NCBI GenBank assembly: GCA_038087875.1
Contig: CM075984.1
Span: 32,922,001 to 32,986,000 of the forward strand
From: Malacoraja senta
Lineage: Eukaryota
Direction of reading: 5' to 3'
Length of the DNA: 64,000 nucleotides
Made by a program: the position numbers and the translations under genes. Of the stretch, positions 37,664-51,504 are shown in pieces; position 1 is the stretch's first letter, and every line of letters begins with the position of its first letter. A model generated the notes under the pieces. That model ran no database searches, was not told where the DNA came from, and was given only the letters and a program-made list of their open reading frames with translations.

Positions 37664-40600
37664 GTTGGTGAGGTCTCTAGAGCATGAAGGGAAGGGACTA
37701 GCTCTTTCACACTGAGAAGAGTAACCCCAGTGGCAAATGGCCACAACAGATCTTAATGCTGGAGGCATTATCCATTCTCCATAAGCCCCAGATTTGACTC
37801 AATGGCCGCTGGTTCACACTGATGGAGATTTCATTCAAGATGTGGACTGTGATACTGTGCAACAGTTGCGTTATCACCATCAAGAAAAAAAAGAGAAAAC
37901 TAATACATTGCAAATGCCAAGACAAAATTCATGTTGTCAGATAGAGTGGAATCCTACAGTATGCAACAAATTGGTAAAAGTCATACCAAAGTCATCCCAA
38001 ACCTATCTGGGATTGCTGACATATTCACATGAATCTGTTGACACTCTACTATTTGGGGTAATGAGTTTCCAAGCCTAGTAAGTTTATTGAATGTACTCTG
38101 TCTTCTGCTCAACATGAGAAAGGTGAGACTGAGCAGAGATTTCTGCAAACAATTTCCTCAGCTTACTCATTCTCAGCACATGATTTACCGCTTGTTGGCT
38201 GATAGGGTGCAGGATGCCCAGTGGATCCCCCTGTGTTTGAGAATATACTGACAGAGCAGCAGCTTCCACTTGCTGCATTCTCCCTCTTGTCAGAGACACA
38301 TGCGTTCCACGGGACAATAAAATGCTTCAGTTAGATTTTGGATGGGTGGGTCAGAAGCACTGGATTTGGCCTTTTAAACCCAATGACTGGATAGCCAAAA
38401 TGGATGCAGCTAAATTGGTTAAATTTCTGTGCCTTTGTTTACATCACAGTTGTATACATATGGATTCCATTGTATCTCACGGAGGAACGCAGCTTTTGCT
38501 GTGGTTTCTAGCATGGTTGACAATAGGGCACTGCAGTGAGACTTGCATTAATGAACAATTTACTACACCTTTTTGTTAATTTTTTTAAAGAAGGATTGTA
38601 CAACTTTTTTGGTTTGGAAATTGGTACCGCTTACCAGGAAAGCATTTGATATGCAGTTGATAGAACTAGAGCTTTCAAGGAAAGCAGGAGAAATCTGCTC
38701 CTTAATAGAGTTGTCCAGTGCTTGTGTTTAATCTCAGAACACCAACAACAAGCAGCAATTAAATATACCCTTTACCTTCTGACCATGGAACAAGTAAACT
38801 CTTAAATAGGAGAAAGCAGGGCTTCTGATGTAAATGAAAGGGTGCGAAATAAAAGCAAGTGAATGACCAGTTTAGTGGGAAGAAAAGCAGTGAAAAAGAA
38901 CATTTCGGGGCAGAGAGAAAGGCCGATGTACTGTACATAACATCTCTTCAACTGATGGAGGTCTGAAAGGTGGCATAGCATGTGACAAATTTATAAAGTT
39001 AGTTGTGGGTAAGGCCGTTGGGAGAATTGCAAAACTAAGTATTTGATGAATTCATGGAGTTGGAGAAATCAGATTACTGGAGATGGGTAAGGGCAAGGGT
39101 GGGTGCACCCTAATGCAGGGTTAAGATGCAAGGAATACTGTTCCAACATAGTTCAATTTCAGGAGGCCAACAGTAAACAACTTGGTAAACAAATTCTTGT
39201 GGCATTACACGCAAGATGAATTGGGCCAGGGATGGTTGTAAAAGATCCTGAAGATAGACAGGAAGCACCGAAGAGTGTGTGTCGCTATGCCTACTCTTCA
39301 CAGCTCATGTAGGTGATGGTCACTCTGCTCACTACTCACAGTTGCAGGCATGTGTTAATCTCAGCTCACTCCTCGGTTTTCTTGGGAAAGATTATCCTTC
39401 TTGAGTGTCTACTGAACAGCTAGATGGTATTATGTAAAGGTAACAAAATCTCCAGACCAATATGATTAAATATATTAAAAATATTTAATTTCAGTTACAT
39501 TCAGTTACATTCACTGTGTTGCTTCTGGTTTAGAAGTGTTTGAATTATAATGTTTTGAATGTAAACCTCTATATTAACTTGGAGGTTTAGTCCCAGTGTC
39601 AATGCAGTTGCCTTGTCAGTCTTACAATTCATAGCCCATTGATATCTGAGATCTTTTTTCACAGCTTTGAATCCTACAGTTCTCCCGATGAAAGAGCTTG
39701 TCCCCTTACCAGCTCATCTCAGTAGGGCATGCCAGACTTTCTGAGTAGGTCATGCCAAGGCATCGCAACAAGGCATGCCAAGGCATTCAGTTTCCAAACA
39801 TGTTTCAGTTTATCTCAATTGGCTATTCCAGCACAGCGACTTTGGAAAAATAATAAAATAGTTTTCTCAAACTGTGCACGCACGTTGGCACTACTGTTTT
39901 GCTACTTGCTGTGCAGCCATTTTGAAAACCGCTGCGTCAGATGCTGGGTACCTTCTGTTAATGTTACAGGCGCTACAATAGAAGCTGGCTCTACCAATGT
40001 TTAGCCAATGTTTTCTTTCAACTGACGTTCTTCATTTCCTTATTTCTTGTGTTGAAAGCTTTGTGTTCTGAGCATGCCACCTTTGCACCTCACCAATCTT
40101 GTTACCAGCTCCTTTGCATTGGCCACTGTATATTCAGTCTGCTTCAAGTGTCTTGCCATGTTCAGGGTTTCTCTTTGTGATTGTCGCATGAGTCACACAG
40201 ATGTTTTTTTATTCCTGTTTATCATGTTTTAGATTAAAGCTGTGCTGAACTGAATTGGTACAACATTATCACACACCCCTGGAGCTAGTTGGACAAGGAG
40301 GGGATTAACTTTGTTAAGAACCTTGCAATTTCTTATCATTACAAATGCATTTAATGACATACGTTTCCTGGATGATTTCTGTGGCTGCCGACTCAACATT
40401 CTATTTAAAATTATTTTCACTATGTTCAGAAACAGATGTTAGCAATACATAGAATTATATTTCATGACAAGCACCCAGGAAAACAATATATAAAATTCCT
40501 TCTAGATGCCCAAAGCTCAGCAGATAAATCATTTAATTTGGACGGATCGTTTCGGAGAGTATCTGATACAGTAATAATAAAAACAAAATATTTTGTAACA

Positions 40601-43600
40601 CAGAGCAGCTCAGGCAACATTTGTGGAAAGAGAAACAGTTAACGCTTCCTATCCAAGACCCTTCATCAGAGATGTCAGTGGGTGCTCACCGAGCAAGACC
40701 CAGGAATCACCGTTGGTGAAAAATTGATGGGATCTTACTGATAGCATCCCTGAGAATATGTTGATTCTAAACTTCTATGTGTATACAGTAGATGGAATCT
40801 TCCGCTATCCTAGACTGGGCTCTTCATGGTGTCTATGTTAAGAAATCTTGTAAAATGAAAATATGAGAATGATGGACATAGAAATGAAATGGTATACCAT
40901 CACCATCAGAGGCACTATGGAAACTGAGCAGAGTGAGCTACATTCTGGTAATACGTGCAAGATATTGTGTATTAATAGAATGGCGTACGGAACATTTATG
41001 TGTGTGACATTTCCAGTCCTGTCCACCTGAAAAATTCCCTGGCCAGAAATGCAAAAAAGTATGATTAGAATGTCTAGGCTTTTTGGATTGGTAGGACATT
41101 TACAAAATCCCACCTTTCATCCCCCATGTCTGACCTCTTCCACCCCCCACCCCCCATCCCCATCCTCCAATTTAACATTATGTCCTCAGTCTGAGGTGAA
41201 AGGAGCAACTAACATAATGTCTGCATTAAGTAATTGAAATTAAGATTTCAGGAAACTCAATGTATTTCACTGATTTTAATCAAATGGTGTGCTGGCCACC
41301 AAGTGTTGGGAGGCAGGCTAGTGTTTCTTTCATTCAGCCAACCCTAATTCCAAGCTAATAGAACTCTAAACTTTGATCACTATGAACATCACCATAAACC
41401 AGTGTGGGACAAAGTTAAATGTCGTAATGGAGTTTCAGGATAGCTATGCCCCAAATCATCTGGTGTATCTTGACATTGAGCTCACTACTGCTAATACTTC
41501 ACATCAAAAGGTTCCTGACAATTTTCCAGGAGTATAAAGAACATAATACTGATTACACTGTGACCCTGTTTTCCAAAGGTGAACTGACATGTTAATCACA
41601 TGATATTTTGCAGTGATAAATGAAAGTGTAGTGCACTGAACCAATACAACATCAGTATTGGTGTTTATTTTACAACAAAAAGCTTAAAAACTGATTCCAA
41701 AAGTCTTTGCTCTTCACTAATCTGGAGATGACTTAGTGTCAGGTTCTGGGCAATGGATGTCATACAACCAGTGAATAAACAATTTATCTCATATTTTTGG
41801 AAATGTTAAATTCCCCCAGATTATATCTGCAGGATGCATTGGAAAGGTAAATTGCACAGAAGCTTTGGATCTGATTACCCCTCTACGGATTTGGATTTGC
41901 AATAAACTTACTTTTCCAGTTTGCATTATTGTAAATATTCCTAAAATTGCATAATTACAGACCCTACAATATAAGAAGAAATAATCTGTGGATACACCTG
42001 AAGCTAGTGAGTGATCAAGCTTCACACTTTAGACACTTGGTAATATCCTACTGCATTTAGAAGTCCTAAAGAATGATAAAATTTATGCTATTGGTATTTT
42101 TTAATTATTAATGCCAAATTTTATTTTTTGCCTATGCATCTGGCTATGATATATTATTCCCTTGGGTAATGCAGGCAGCAATTCTACATAATCCCAGTAT
42201 AACATCCAAGAAGGATAAAGATATAAGAGAACTTTGAATCTTGGTGACTGGTTAGTTGCCAGAGATGATCTAGCTCACACTGAAAAATGCCCTTGAAATA
42301 CAATAACGGCTACACACAGCAGACTACCCCGATATGTCACGCTCAAATGAACAGAACATTGCCTGCTCTACCTTTCTCCATTTGTCACTGTTTGTGAAAC
42401 TTTATTATGACAAAAAAAGGTTGAAGTGCCTGGTAAATGTTTTGCAATTAAGCAGTTGAGCTCATGAGAAGTTTTAATCTCCTGTGTACTATATTCCATT
42501 TTTTTTGTGGAAAATTTACAGATTAGGCAATGGAAACTGGGTGTTTGTCCCATTCGGATTTTGTTTCCTCTTGAAGCAGACTGAATCCACTGGATCCAGT
42601 ATGGTTGCTCATATTTAATGCTACTGAATATCTTTTTTCTTTATGTTCTTTTTATTACAGATGTTTTTATGTCCACAAAGTTTGCTTGATTGCAAGGCAG
42701 CAGTGATTCCCGCCCCTCCGTGCTAATTGTGACTTGTTGATGAATCTTTTGGTGGTACATGTGTGGTTGTCTCCAGTTTCTCACTGGCTGGCTTTGGCTG
42801 GCTTTTGATGCTGCTTTGTTTTGCTGCTTTGCTTCCTGGCACTGTGGCGTGCTGTATATGTTGGATGAAGATTACAGGTGGTTCTACTTCGATCACTCAG
42901 GGACTTTACACTTTATTCCCTTTCCCACACTTGAATACAACCTCATCAATGGAATTCTTTCTGCCAGTGGCCAATCATGGGGCCTTCTTCACAAATTCAA
43001 TAGCCTTTTCCTAAAACTTAGTGAGTGAGAACAAGTAATTCACTTTTCCTGTCACATTAAGTACCCATTTACTGGGATGCTTTGTCAGTTCCCTACTCAA
43101 GTTTATGGATTTTGAAAAGTTTTCTCTATTATAAACTGTTGCAAGATATCCGGTCATCACGAGGAATCCGACTAGCTCTGCCTTCAAGAATTAATTAATG
43201 GTTAAACCATTTGAGAATGTCCAGCATTTTGTGGTGCCTGCCACTTAAAGTTATAGAGGCTGCTGGAAGGTAGAGAGGTTATTGTGGTGCCTGTATATGT
43301 CTCAGTCAAAGAGTATTGCATTACTTGGCATATCACCTGATGGTGGAGATGAGTCCAGAAGCCTGTTTCATGAATAAATCACTATTGGAGATGGTTTCAG
43401 AACTGGATGAAATACTTCCTAAAATAACAAAGTTCAAGTTCTGATAACTGTAAAGGCATCAAACAAGAGTCGCCAGTTAACACCACATCAATGTCATCTC
43501 GTGAAGGCACTTTGGAGAAAAGCAATCCAGTTCATTGTTAGTATTGATTAAAGAAACGTGAGATGGTTATTTCTGACATAAACAGGCCAACAGACAGAGA

Positions 43601-46203
43601 ACAGCAGATTGCAGATCAATGTTTTTTACAGAAAAATAGATGCCCCGTTTCTTACCTGTGTTATCGAAGGAGGGTGTGGTTCTCATGGAAAGACGTTGGT
43701 TGATCCATCTATGAAAGATACTTTGGAAACAATTCTAATCAACCCTTACAATTCTTATCAATTTATTGCTCTTCACCTGAGTTTCCATTTCGGTTCGTGG
43801 GACTTCTGGATAGCCACCAGCCTAAGGAATCCTGTCAAATCAGCACAAAATGTCTTCATTTCTCAGGTCTGAAATTTGATTTGGAGTCAGCGTAGATTCT
43901 CCAAGATCTGGCCTAGAACCGCAGCAGAGGACAATCTAGTCAATGAACATTAATAATTTCCTTTTCCTGTCACTCTTGTTCTGTCAGTTTCCTGGTCAGG
44001 CATTATGTCTGTTGAAAATGTTCTCTGCCTCACCAGTGATCCAGACCACTTCTCGATTGATACTGCAGGTTGTCCAGTGATCACAAGGAGTCATACCACT
44101 GCTTCCAAGAGGTCACCAACACAAGGCTCACTGCTGCCTCCCCTTTGTAGTCTACTCCATGCAAAACACTTTAGAGATGCAGGCTTCTTCTTCTTGGCAG
44201 ATTTTGCTGGGACCCACATGTAATTGCTCTCTTTCCGGTACCAGCATATAGGGTTTGGTATTATCTCTTTCTTTCTCCTTTCATTTATTCTTTGAATCCC
44301 CCCTTACTCAGACTCATTTTCCTGGGTCAGGAATCTTTAATGATCAATGGAACATTACTTTTTGGCAGTGAAACGCCACTGTGTGTCAGTGTTGGCCAAT
44401 TATGCAGGGATTGAGGGGTTGGTGGAAAATTTGCCCCGCTAGAATTCTACCCCAAGAGGAAGATATATTGTGACAATTGGACCGATCAACATAATGTGAT
44501 CACCTTTACCTCCTCTTTGAGAAGAAATAAACAATGGAGTGGGGGCAACAGTTAAAAATAAATATACTGAATCATATACTGATTTTGTCTATAATTCATT
44601 CCCATAGAGGAGATTGGAAGACAAATTTGTTTACCCAGAGGTTAGTTGGAATACGGTGGAGGCAGTTACACTCACATTTAGGAAGTATTATGATGAGCAT
44701 TTGAATTTCCACTGCACAGTAGGCTTCAGATCAAGTGCTGCTAAATGTCATTAGTATAGAAAAGTACTTGATGGTCAGATGGTAGGCTGAAGGGCCCATT
44801 TCTATGCAGTATGATTTTATTACTCCATGTTAGGAACTAAGATCTCTTAGTTAATTGTCAGTGGTGGTTCCGTCAATGCCACTCTTGTCTTTGAGTCGAA
44901 CGTTTGTATGTTGAGGCCTCTTTGGAAACTCCAGTAATGTGAGGAAGAACTGCAGCATTGAAATGCTCTGTGATGAACCAGAAGATAGTCCATATGAAGT
45001 TGGAAGATTTACCTTCACCTAGAAGCAGGAACCATTCATGTACCATCATGGCTTGGAAAATGTGACTCATTTTAATTGAAGAATGTGACTGTTGCAAAAG
45101 CATCACTTGGTTGGCCAGTGATAGGCATCCTGTTAGGAAATTGCATCTCATGGCAGTTTTCCTTAAATAAAAAATGTCATACCAGTTACTATCTTTGAGC
45201 ATCCAAAGGTAAGAGCTGTATTTACAGAAGAAGCGAGAGGACAGCCCAAGCAGAGGTGGTGTTGGATGTAGAACCACTTTTGTCGACTAAATCCATTCAC
45301 AAAGTGAGCCAACTGCTAGTGCATGACCGCTACATTCGGTGTTGTTAGATCTCTAATTGAATGTCAAGTCCTATCAGTATAAGAAAAAGAGTGATGAACA
45401 ACATCATCAGCTAAGGCTCCAAATCGAGCCAGTATGCCTTGATGGGCAGAGCAAACTATTCCAATTGCGCAAACTATCAACTGTACATGGCCAGTCCAAA
45501 AATTAGCTGAATACTCATTACTACCACTCCCCACCCCTCTGTTTCAGTATCTGCCAGGAGGAGGCACCTTCTCCATGTGGAAAGCAGATTAGATTTTGTC
45601 ATGAAAGTTTCTGAGCCAGCATAAATCCAGATCTGATGAGTTAATACAGAGTATGATTTCAATGGTGGAGGCAAAGTGAACAGCGGTCTGCTCCGCCATT
45701 CTGGACATTGGGACAATCTGACTGAACTCAATACTCAAATGAACAATGCAACCAAAAACGGTGACATGCCGACACAAAGATTTAGGGATACTTGCTACGA
45801 AATCTTATCACTGCTACCAGCCTATTGAGTTGACACATGACGACTAGAAAGAGAAAAGAGCATTTGGGCTAATCAAGTTGGTGGCTTCTGTGGGCCATCT
45901 ATTCAGTTCATGCGGAGAAAGAGAAAAAAAACCATTAACACTAACTACCAGCAAACTGGAGCATCTTTAAATGAAGTCAGCACCAGATCACAACTGTTAA
46001 AAAATATTGGACAGGCAAAATTCAAATCCAAACCTTCAGTCATTCATATTCACCATGTTCATTCTTTCTCACAAACCTATGCAGTGGGCTCTGTCTTCAA
46101 AAAATCTTGTCTTAACTAATTCCAGCTGCAAGAAAAACAAATCAACAATGCCATGTTCTAACAATCCCAGCTGTGAAGTCCCTGAGCCAACAAGGAAGTG
46201 TAG

Positions 46204-46392
<189 letters not shown>

Positions 46393-46431
46393 TGAGAAAG
46401 TGTGAAAAAAATAAACATCAGAATGAGGTAT

Positions 46432-46605
46432 GTTTAAGAAGGAACTGCAGTTGCTGGAAAATCGAAGGTAGACAAAAATGCTGGAGAGACTCAGCGGGTG
46501 AGGCAGCATCTATGGAGCGAAGGAAATAGACCCGAAACTTTGCCTATTTCCTTCGCTCCATAGATGCTGCCTCACCCGCTGAGTTTCTCCAGCATTTTTG
46601 TCTAC
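46432..46605. mobile_element. Young Penelope-like fold-back insertion with 16-bp target-site duplication
   Basis: catcagaatgaggtat at 46416-46431 and 46606-46621; 63-bp inverted arms 46467-46529 and 46544-46606. Confidence 0.85.
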
Positions 46606-46704
46606 CATCAGAATGAGGTATAGTGGACACACATTCTACTTTCACTCACTGGGAATGAGTCGTACAGAGGGTCACACACTGTATTGCCACACATCGGGAG
46701 ACAT

Positions 46705-46860
46705 TTAGAAGCATTTAGTACTAAGAAACATTTAGACAGGTACATGGATAGGACAGGTTTAGAGGGATATGGGTGGGACTTGTGTAGATTGAACATGTTG
46801 GCCGGTGTGGGCAAGTTGGCCAAAGGGCCTGATTTCACATTGCAAAACTCTATGCCCCTA
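46705..46860 (+). mobile_element. CR1 3' end fragment
   Basis: aaacatttagacaggtacatggataggacaggtttagagggatatggg...aagggcctg. Confidence 0.75.
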
Positions 46861-47207
46861 GGGGTTAGACCGTGTCTTTCACTCTGGAATGTATTAGCAT
46901 CATCAGAAAAGGAAAGAATTGTATGAAATATGTTTGGTTGCCCTGGAATTAAATCTGTCAGTAGTCAGTAGCAAAGAAAATGAGTTTGAATGAGGTGGTG
47001 ATTTGCAATTACCCATTTATGCTTCTGCCCAGCACAATCTCATCTCAGTGTGGAAAGTAAACCAAGACAAGTGATTATTCCAATCCTTTAATGTTTTACT
47101 TGACATGTGAGGTTAAAATGGTGTCCTGTGACTTGTGCCTTAATACATGCTGTCATGGTTTTAATATGCACTAAATGACATCACATTGGATAGAAATTCA
47201 GAAATGA

Positions 47208-47399
<192 letters not shown>

Positions 47400-48623
47400 T
47401 AGCATTCTCACTTCTTGAACCATATTGCATCTGGCTTCTCAGACAATTTAATATTTTTTCATCTTTATCACAGGAAGGCCATTTCAGCCTATCAAGTCCA
47501 TGCCAACCCACAGAGCAATTCTATTCCCAGTTAGCCATCTTCCCCTCCTTCACATAATCCGCTCTCAGATTCTACCACTCCTGACACACTTGCGGCATTT
47601 GGGCAAATTCTCACAGGCAGCTCCAGAGATCATCATCGAACCAGAGTTGCTGGAGATATGAGCGGCTGCTCCAATACTTGTGCCACTGCCATCCTAGAAT
47701 AGACCCAGAATAGATTGAATAAATAATTTACCAACAACATAAACTGTGAGGATATGTACGTGGTAAGACATCCTGAATACCCAATGTAATGTAATAATTC
47801 AGAGAACACACTGCGTAAGGCCTAACCTTGAGAATCTCTCCCTCACCCCCAAAATAACTTCAAACCCTGAAGCACCCATACTAACATCTAAAACTGAGAA
47901 TGTCCACCGTAATCTATGTCTAAGAATGTTCAAAAGAACCTCTGATCCAGGGATCCCAAAGACATGTCGTTTTGTAAGTTAATAAATCACTGTAAATTGC
48001 TGCTGGTGTGCAGGTGAGTTGTCGATTCTCGTGGGTGGAGTGGGTTGACAGGAATGTGGGGAAAGTAAAAATGGAATTAGTTTAGGATTATACAATTGGG
48101 GCTTGATGCTCGACATAAAATCAATGGGCTGAAGGGCCTATTTCTCTGCTGCAAAAACTTTGACTAGCTTAAAACATTGATTCAGTAAAATAGCTGTGAA
48201 TGACAAATGAAAATAACAATGTGAGACCTGAGATTCTAGATTAATTTCTATGGGAGCAAAGAAGGTCAAGAGGTAACTCAATGGAAAACGTTAACATCTT
48301 AAAACATGAACATAACATCAGACTCTCCTTTGATGGGGATTCAGCAATTATATTAATATTTTAGGTAAGGGTGGGAAGTTATATTGGAAGACATTTTGCC
48401 ACAGGTTGAATTGTGCAATGCCTTGCCACCCACAGTGATGAAAAAAGTGCTCAAGTACATGGAGCAGAGGAAAGTACAAGACCTTAGACTATGTGGCTGG
48501 GTTAGCTGCACTATAGGCTAAAATGGTCTTTATTGTTAGAAACATCACTAGTTTAATTAACTTTGCCACAGATTCTTACAAGGATATTTGATGTCGATCT
48601 GTGATTCTCTCTGCTGTGTTTAG

Positions 48624-48759
48624 TTTCAGTCGGACTGCTGTACAGCTGGAATGTCTCGCTCAGGCACGTCACAGGAGGAGCTGCGCATTGTTGAAGGACA
48701 AGGTCAGTCGAGCGACTCAGGCCCTTCAGCCGACGAGGTTAACAACAACACCTGTATAG
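48624..48759 (+). CDS. KIF1A: KIF1A exon: [45 protein letters not shown]
   Basis: gtgtttag acceptor, gtatgt donor, 136 nt. Confidence 0.93.
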
Positions 48760-49693
48760 GTATGTACTGGCCGATCAATCCCACGTCGCTGTATATTACC
48801 TGGTTTGAATTGTCTGGGATGTGGATGCTTCAGGTCAGGAGCTATTTGGAAAAAGAAGATCTAATATACTTGGGATATCTAAGTGGGATATCCAGAAGGT
48901 TATATGTTCATATCTGGTTTCTTCCCAGCAAAGTGAAATCAGCTGAGCTGGTGGGACAGGTTTATTTCTAAACCTGTTGACTGTACAGCAATAGTGTACA
49001 GGTTACTTGCAATGTATAGAAGATTATCAACATGTTACACGAGTCATTTAGTTTGGAAAGACATGAGGTAATTCAATTAAATCACAACCTCGAGAAACTG
49101 ACAATGCAGGCAAATTCCCATACCCACTCCAAAAGATAGCCCGTGGGTGAGCATTTACAATTGACATTATTGATTCAGTCATACCTTTTCCAGTATAGTC
49201 CAATTTTACTTGAACTGTACAAACTGTGTTTGATTTGGGACCATCCATCTCTTTTGTTGAAAAGCTCTTAGAAACCTTCTTTTGATGAATTAACTCCTGA
49301 GCTCTCAAACCTGTGGTTGTGTTCCTTGGGGAAAGGAAGTGAATTAATTTTTTATGTAACAAGCTGTTATTATCCAGAATGCACAACCTGAAGCCAAAGT
49401 ATTAACCTCCAAAATGTAATTGGTCAAGTATCATTTTAAAACAAAATATATAGTCCTGTGGCAAAATATCAGGATAGTGAGACAAATTGAGTAGCTCGAT
49501 GGAAGGCTGACACTGATATAGTGGGCTGAATGGACTGTTTCCATGCTTCAGATTTTTTAATACCCTTTCTTGATTCCTCTTTTGATTGTGGTACATGGAC
49601 AACAAATAAGGGTCACATTTAGATATGATCTGGATTCACAGATCTAGAAATTGCTCCATGCCATTCTTAGCTGTAAAATACTGCCTTTGTCTT

Positions 49694-49736
49694 TTGACCT
49701 TGTCTGCCTTGACCTTGTCTGCCTTGACCTTGTCTG
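49694..49736. repeat. 15-bp tandem repeat x3
   Basis: (ttgaccttgtctgcc)3. Confidence 0.9.
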
Positions 49737-49825
49737 TGAAAGTTGCATAAAGAGCGTGAACTTCAGCAATGAGATTCACAGTCACCATTGTCAGGTTTCC
49801 CTGTGTAACACAGCATTGTGACACT

Positions 49826-50530
49826 AATAGAGTCATACAGTGTGGAAATAGGCCTCTCGGCCCAAACGCCCACGCCGACCAACATGCCCCACCTACACCA
49901 GTCCCACCTTCCTGCATTTGCCCATATCCTTCCAAACCTATCCTATCCATGTACCTGAGCAAATGTCTTTTAAAAGCTGTGATAGTACCTGCCTCAACTA
50001 CTTCCTCTGGCAGCTCATTCCATGCACCCACCATCCTCTGTGAAAAAAGGTTGTCCCTCGGGTTCCTATTAAATCTTTCCCACCTCACCTATGTCCTCTG
50101 GTTCTTGATTCTTGTACTCTGGGTAAAAGACTGTGCATTTACCCTATCTAATCTCCTCATGATCTTATACACCTTTATAAGATCACCCCTCACCCTTCTG
50201 CGTCCTATTCTGCTCAACCTCTCCATATGGCTCAGGCCCTCGAGTCTTGGCAACATCCCCGTAAATCTTCTCTGTACCCTTTCCAGCTTAACAATATCCT
50301 ATGGCAGTGTGACAAAAACCGAATACAGTATTCCAAATGTGGCCTCACCAATGTCTTGTACAACTGTAAAATAGTCCCAACTTCTATACTCAATACACTG
50401 ACTGATGAAGGCCTATGTGCCAAAAGCCTTCATGACCACTCTATCCACCTGTGACGCCACTTTCAAGGAGCTATATACCTGCACTCCAAGATCCTTCTGC
50501 TCTACAACACTCCTCAGAGCATACCATTCA
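49826..50530 (-). mobile_element. CR1 LINE 3' fragment
   Basis: LQLYKTLVRPHLEYC, FSQRMVGAWNELPEEVVEAGT, CR1 3' UTR. Confidence 0.9.
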
Positions 50531-50865
50531 TGCTTTGTAAGTACTCAAAGGTAGCATAGTTGTCCTACAGGTGGGACAGTGCAGCCAGTCCTCAAAGGAT
50601 CTGACCACCATTCAGGCAGCACTCTTCCAACTGAAGGACAATGTTATAACTGAATGAATGGGTATTGCAATGATGAGAAGGTAATTAGGGTTAGGGTTTG
50701 CGGAGAATCAGAGGGATCAGATTGGGCTGGTGAAGAAGGGGAACCTTCTTTGTGCATGGGGAAACAGGAAGCTCCCCCACCACCATCTTACACTGGTCTT
50801 GAGTTTGTGCGAGATTGGGGGTAAATACCTCAATGAATGTTTGTGGTTTTGTCTCTATTCTGTAG

Positions 50866-51028
50866 CCACCCAGGAGGATCTGGAGAGTCCATTGAAGTCA
50901 CCAGTAGATGCACAGATAGACGGGCTAGTAGAGCATCTCAGGATCGGCAGCAACTTCACTTTCAGAGTGACTGTCTTACAGGCATCAAGTATTTCCGCTG
51001 AATATGCCGATATCTTCTGCCAGTTCAA
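50866..51028 (+). CDS. KIF1A: KIF1A exon: (A)[53 protein letters not shown](N)
   Basis: ttctgtag acceptor, gtaagt donor, 163 nt. Confidence 0.94.
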
Positions 51029-51413
51029 GTAAGTAAGCCATTCCCAACTGTATTTACCCATTACCATGCACATGGAAGGCATAATGTTTCCACACTACAC
51101 TGTGGGGCCATGCTATATTCACCAATGTCACAGTGCCATCTCTTATCCACACCCAATCCCCATGTTCCCAAACCAATCTCAAGAGTTTCTGCTGGCAAGA
51201 TGAGAGGAGGTGTAATATAGCTCATTATGTGGTTTTGCCTATATTCTGCAACCCCCAGTGAGTCTAATGTATTGACCCAGTACTATGATTGAATAGCACT
51301 TTATATATGTAGACTTTGGCAGTTCCACTGAATTAATATCAAATAAGCAAAAACAAGTAAGGAACTTCTAACCAGGGTCTAGCTGTGATTGTCTTTCTTT
51401 ATTTCTCTTATAG

Positions 51414-51504
51414 TTTCATCCATCGCCAAGAAGAAGCCTTTTCTACAGAGCCATTAAAGAACACAGGCCGAGGACCCCCACTGGGTTTTTACCATGTGCA
51501 GAAT
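51414..51504 (+). CDS. KIF1A: KIF1A exon: [30 protein letters not shown]
   Basis: ctcttatag acceptor, gtgagt donor, 91 nt. Confidence 0.95.

Noticed and set aside
49694-49736. Triplicated nuclear-receptor site (TGACCTTG)
   Set aside because: Simple slippage repeat next to a CR1; the flanking base does not fit the NR5A/ERR consensus and there is no other support.
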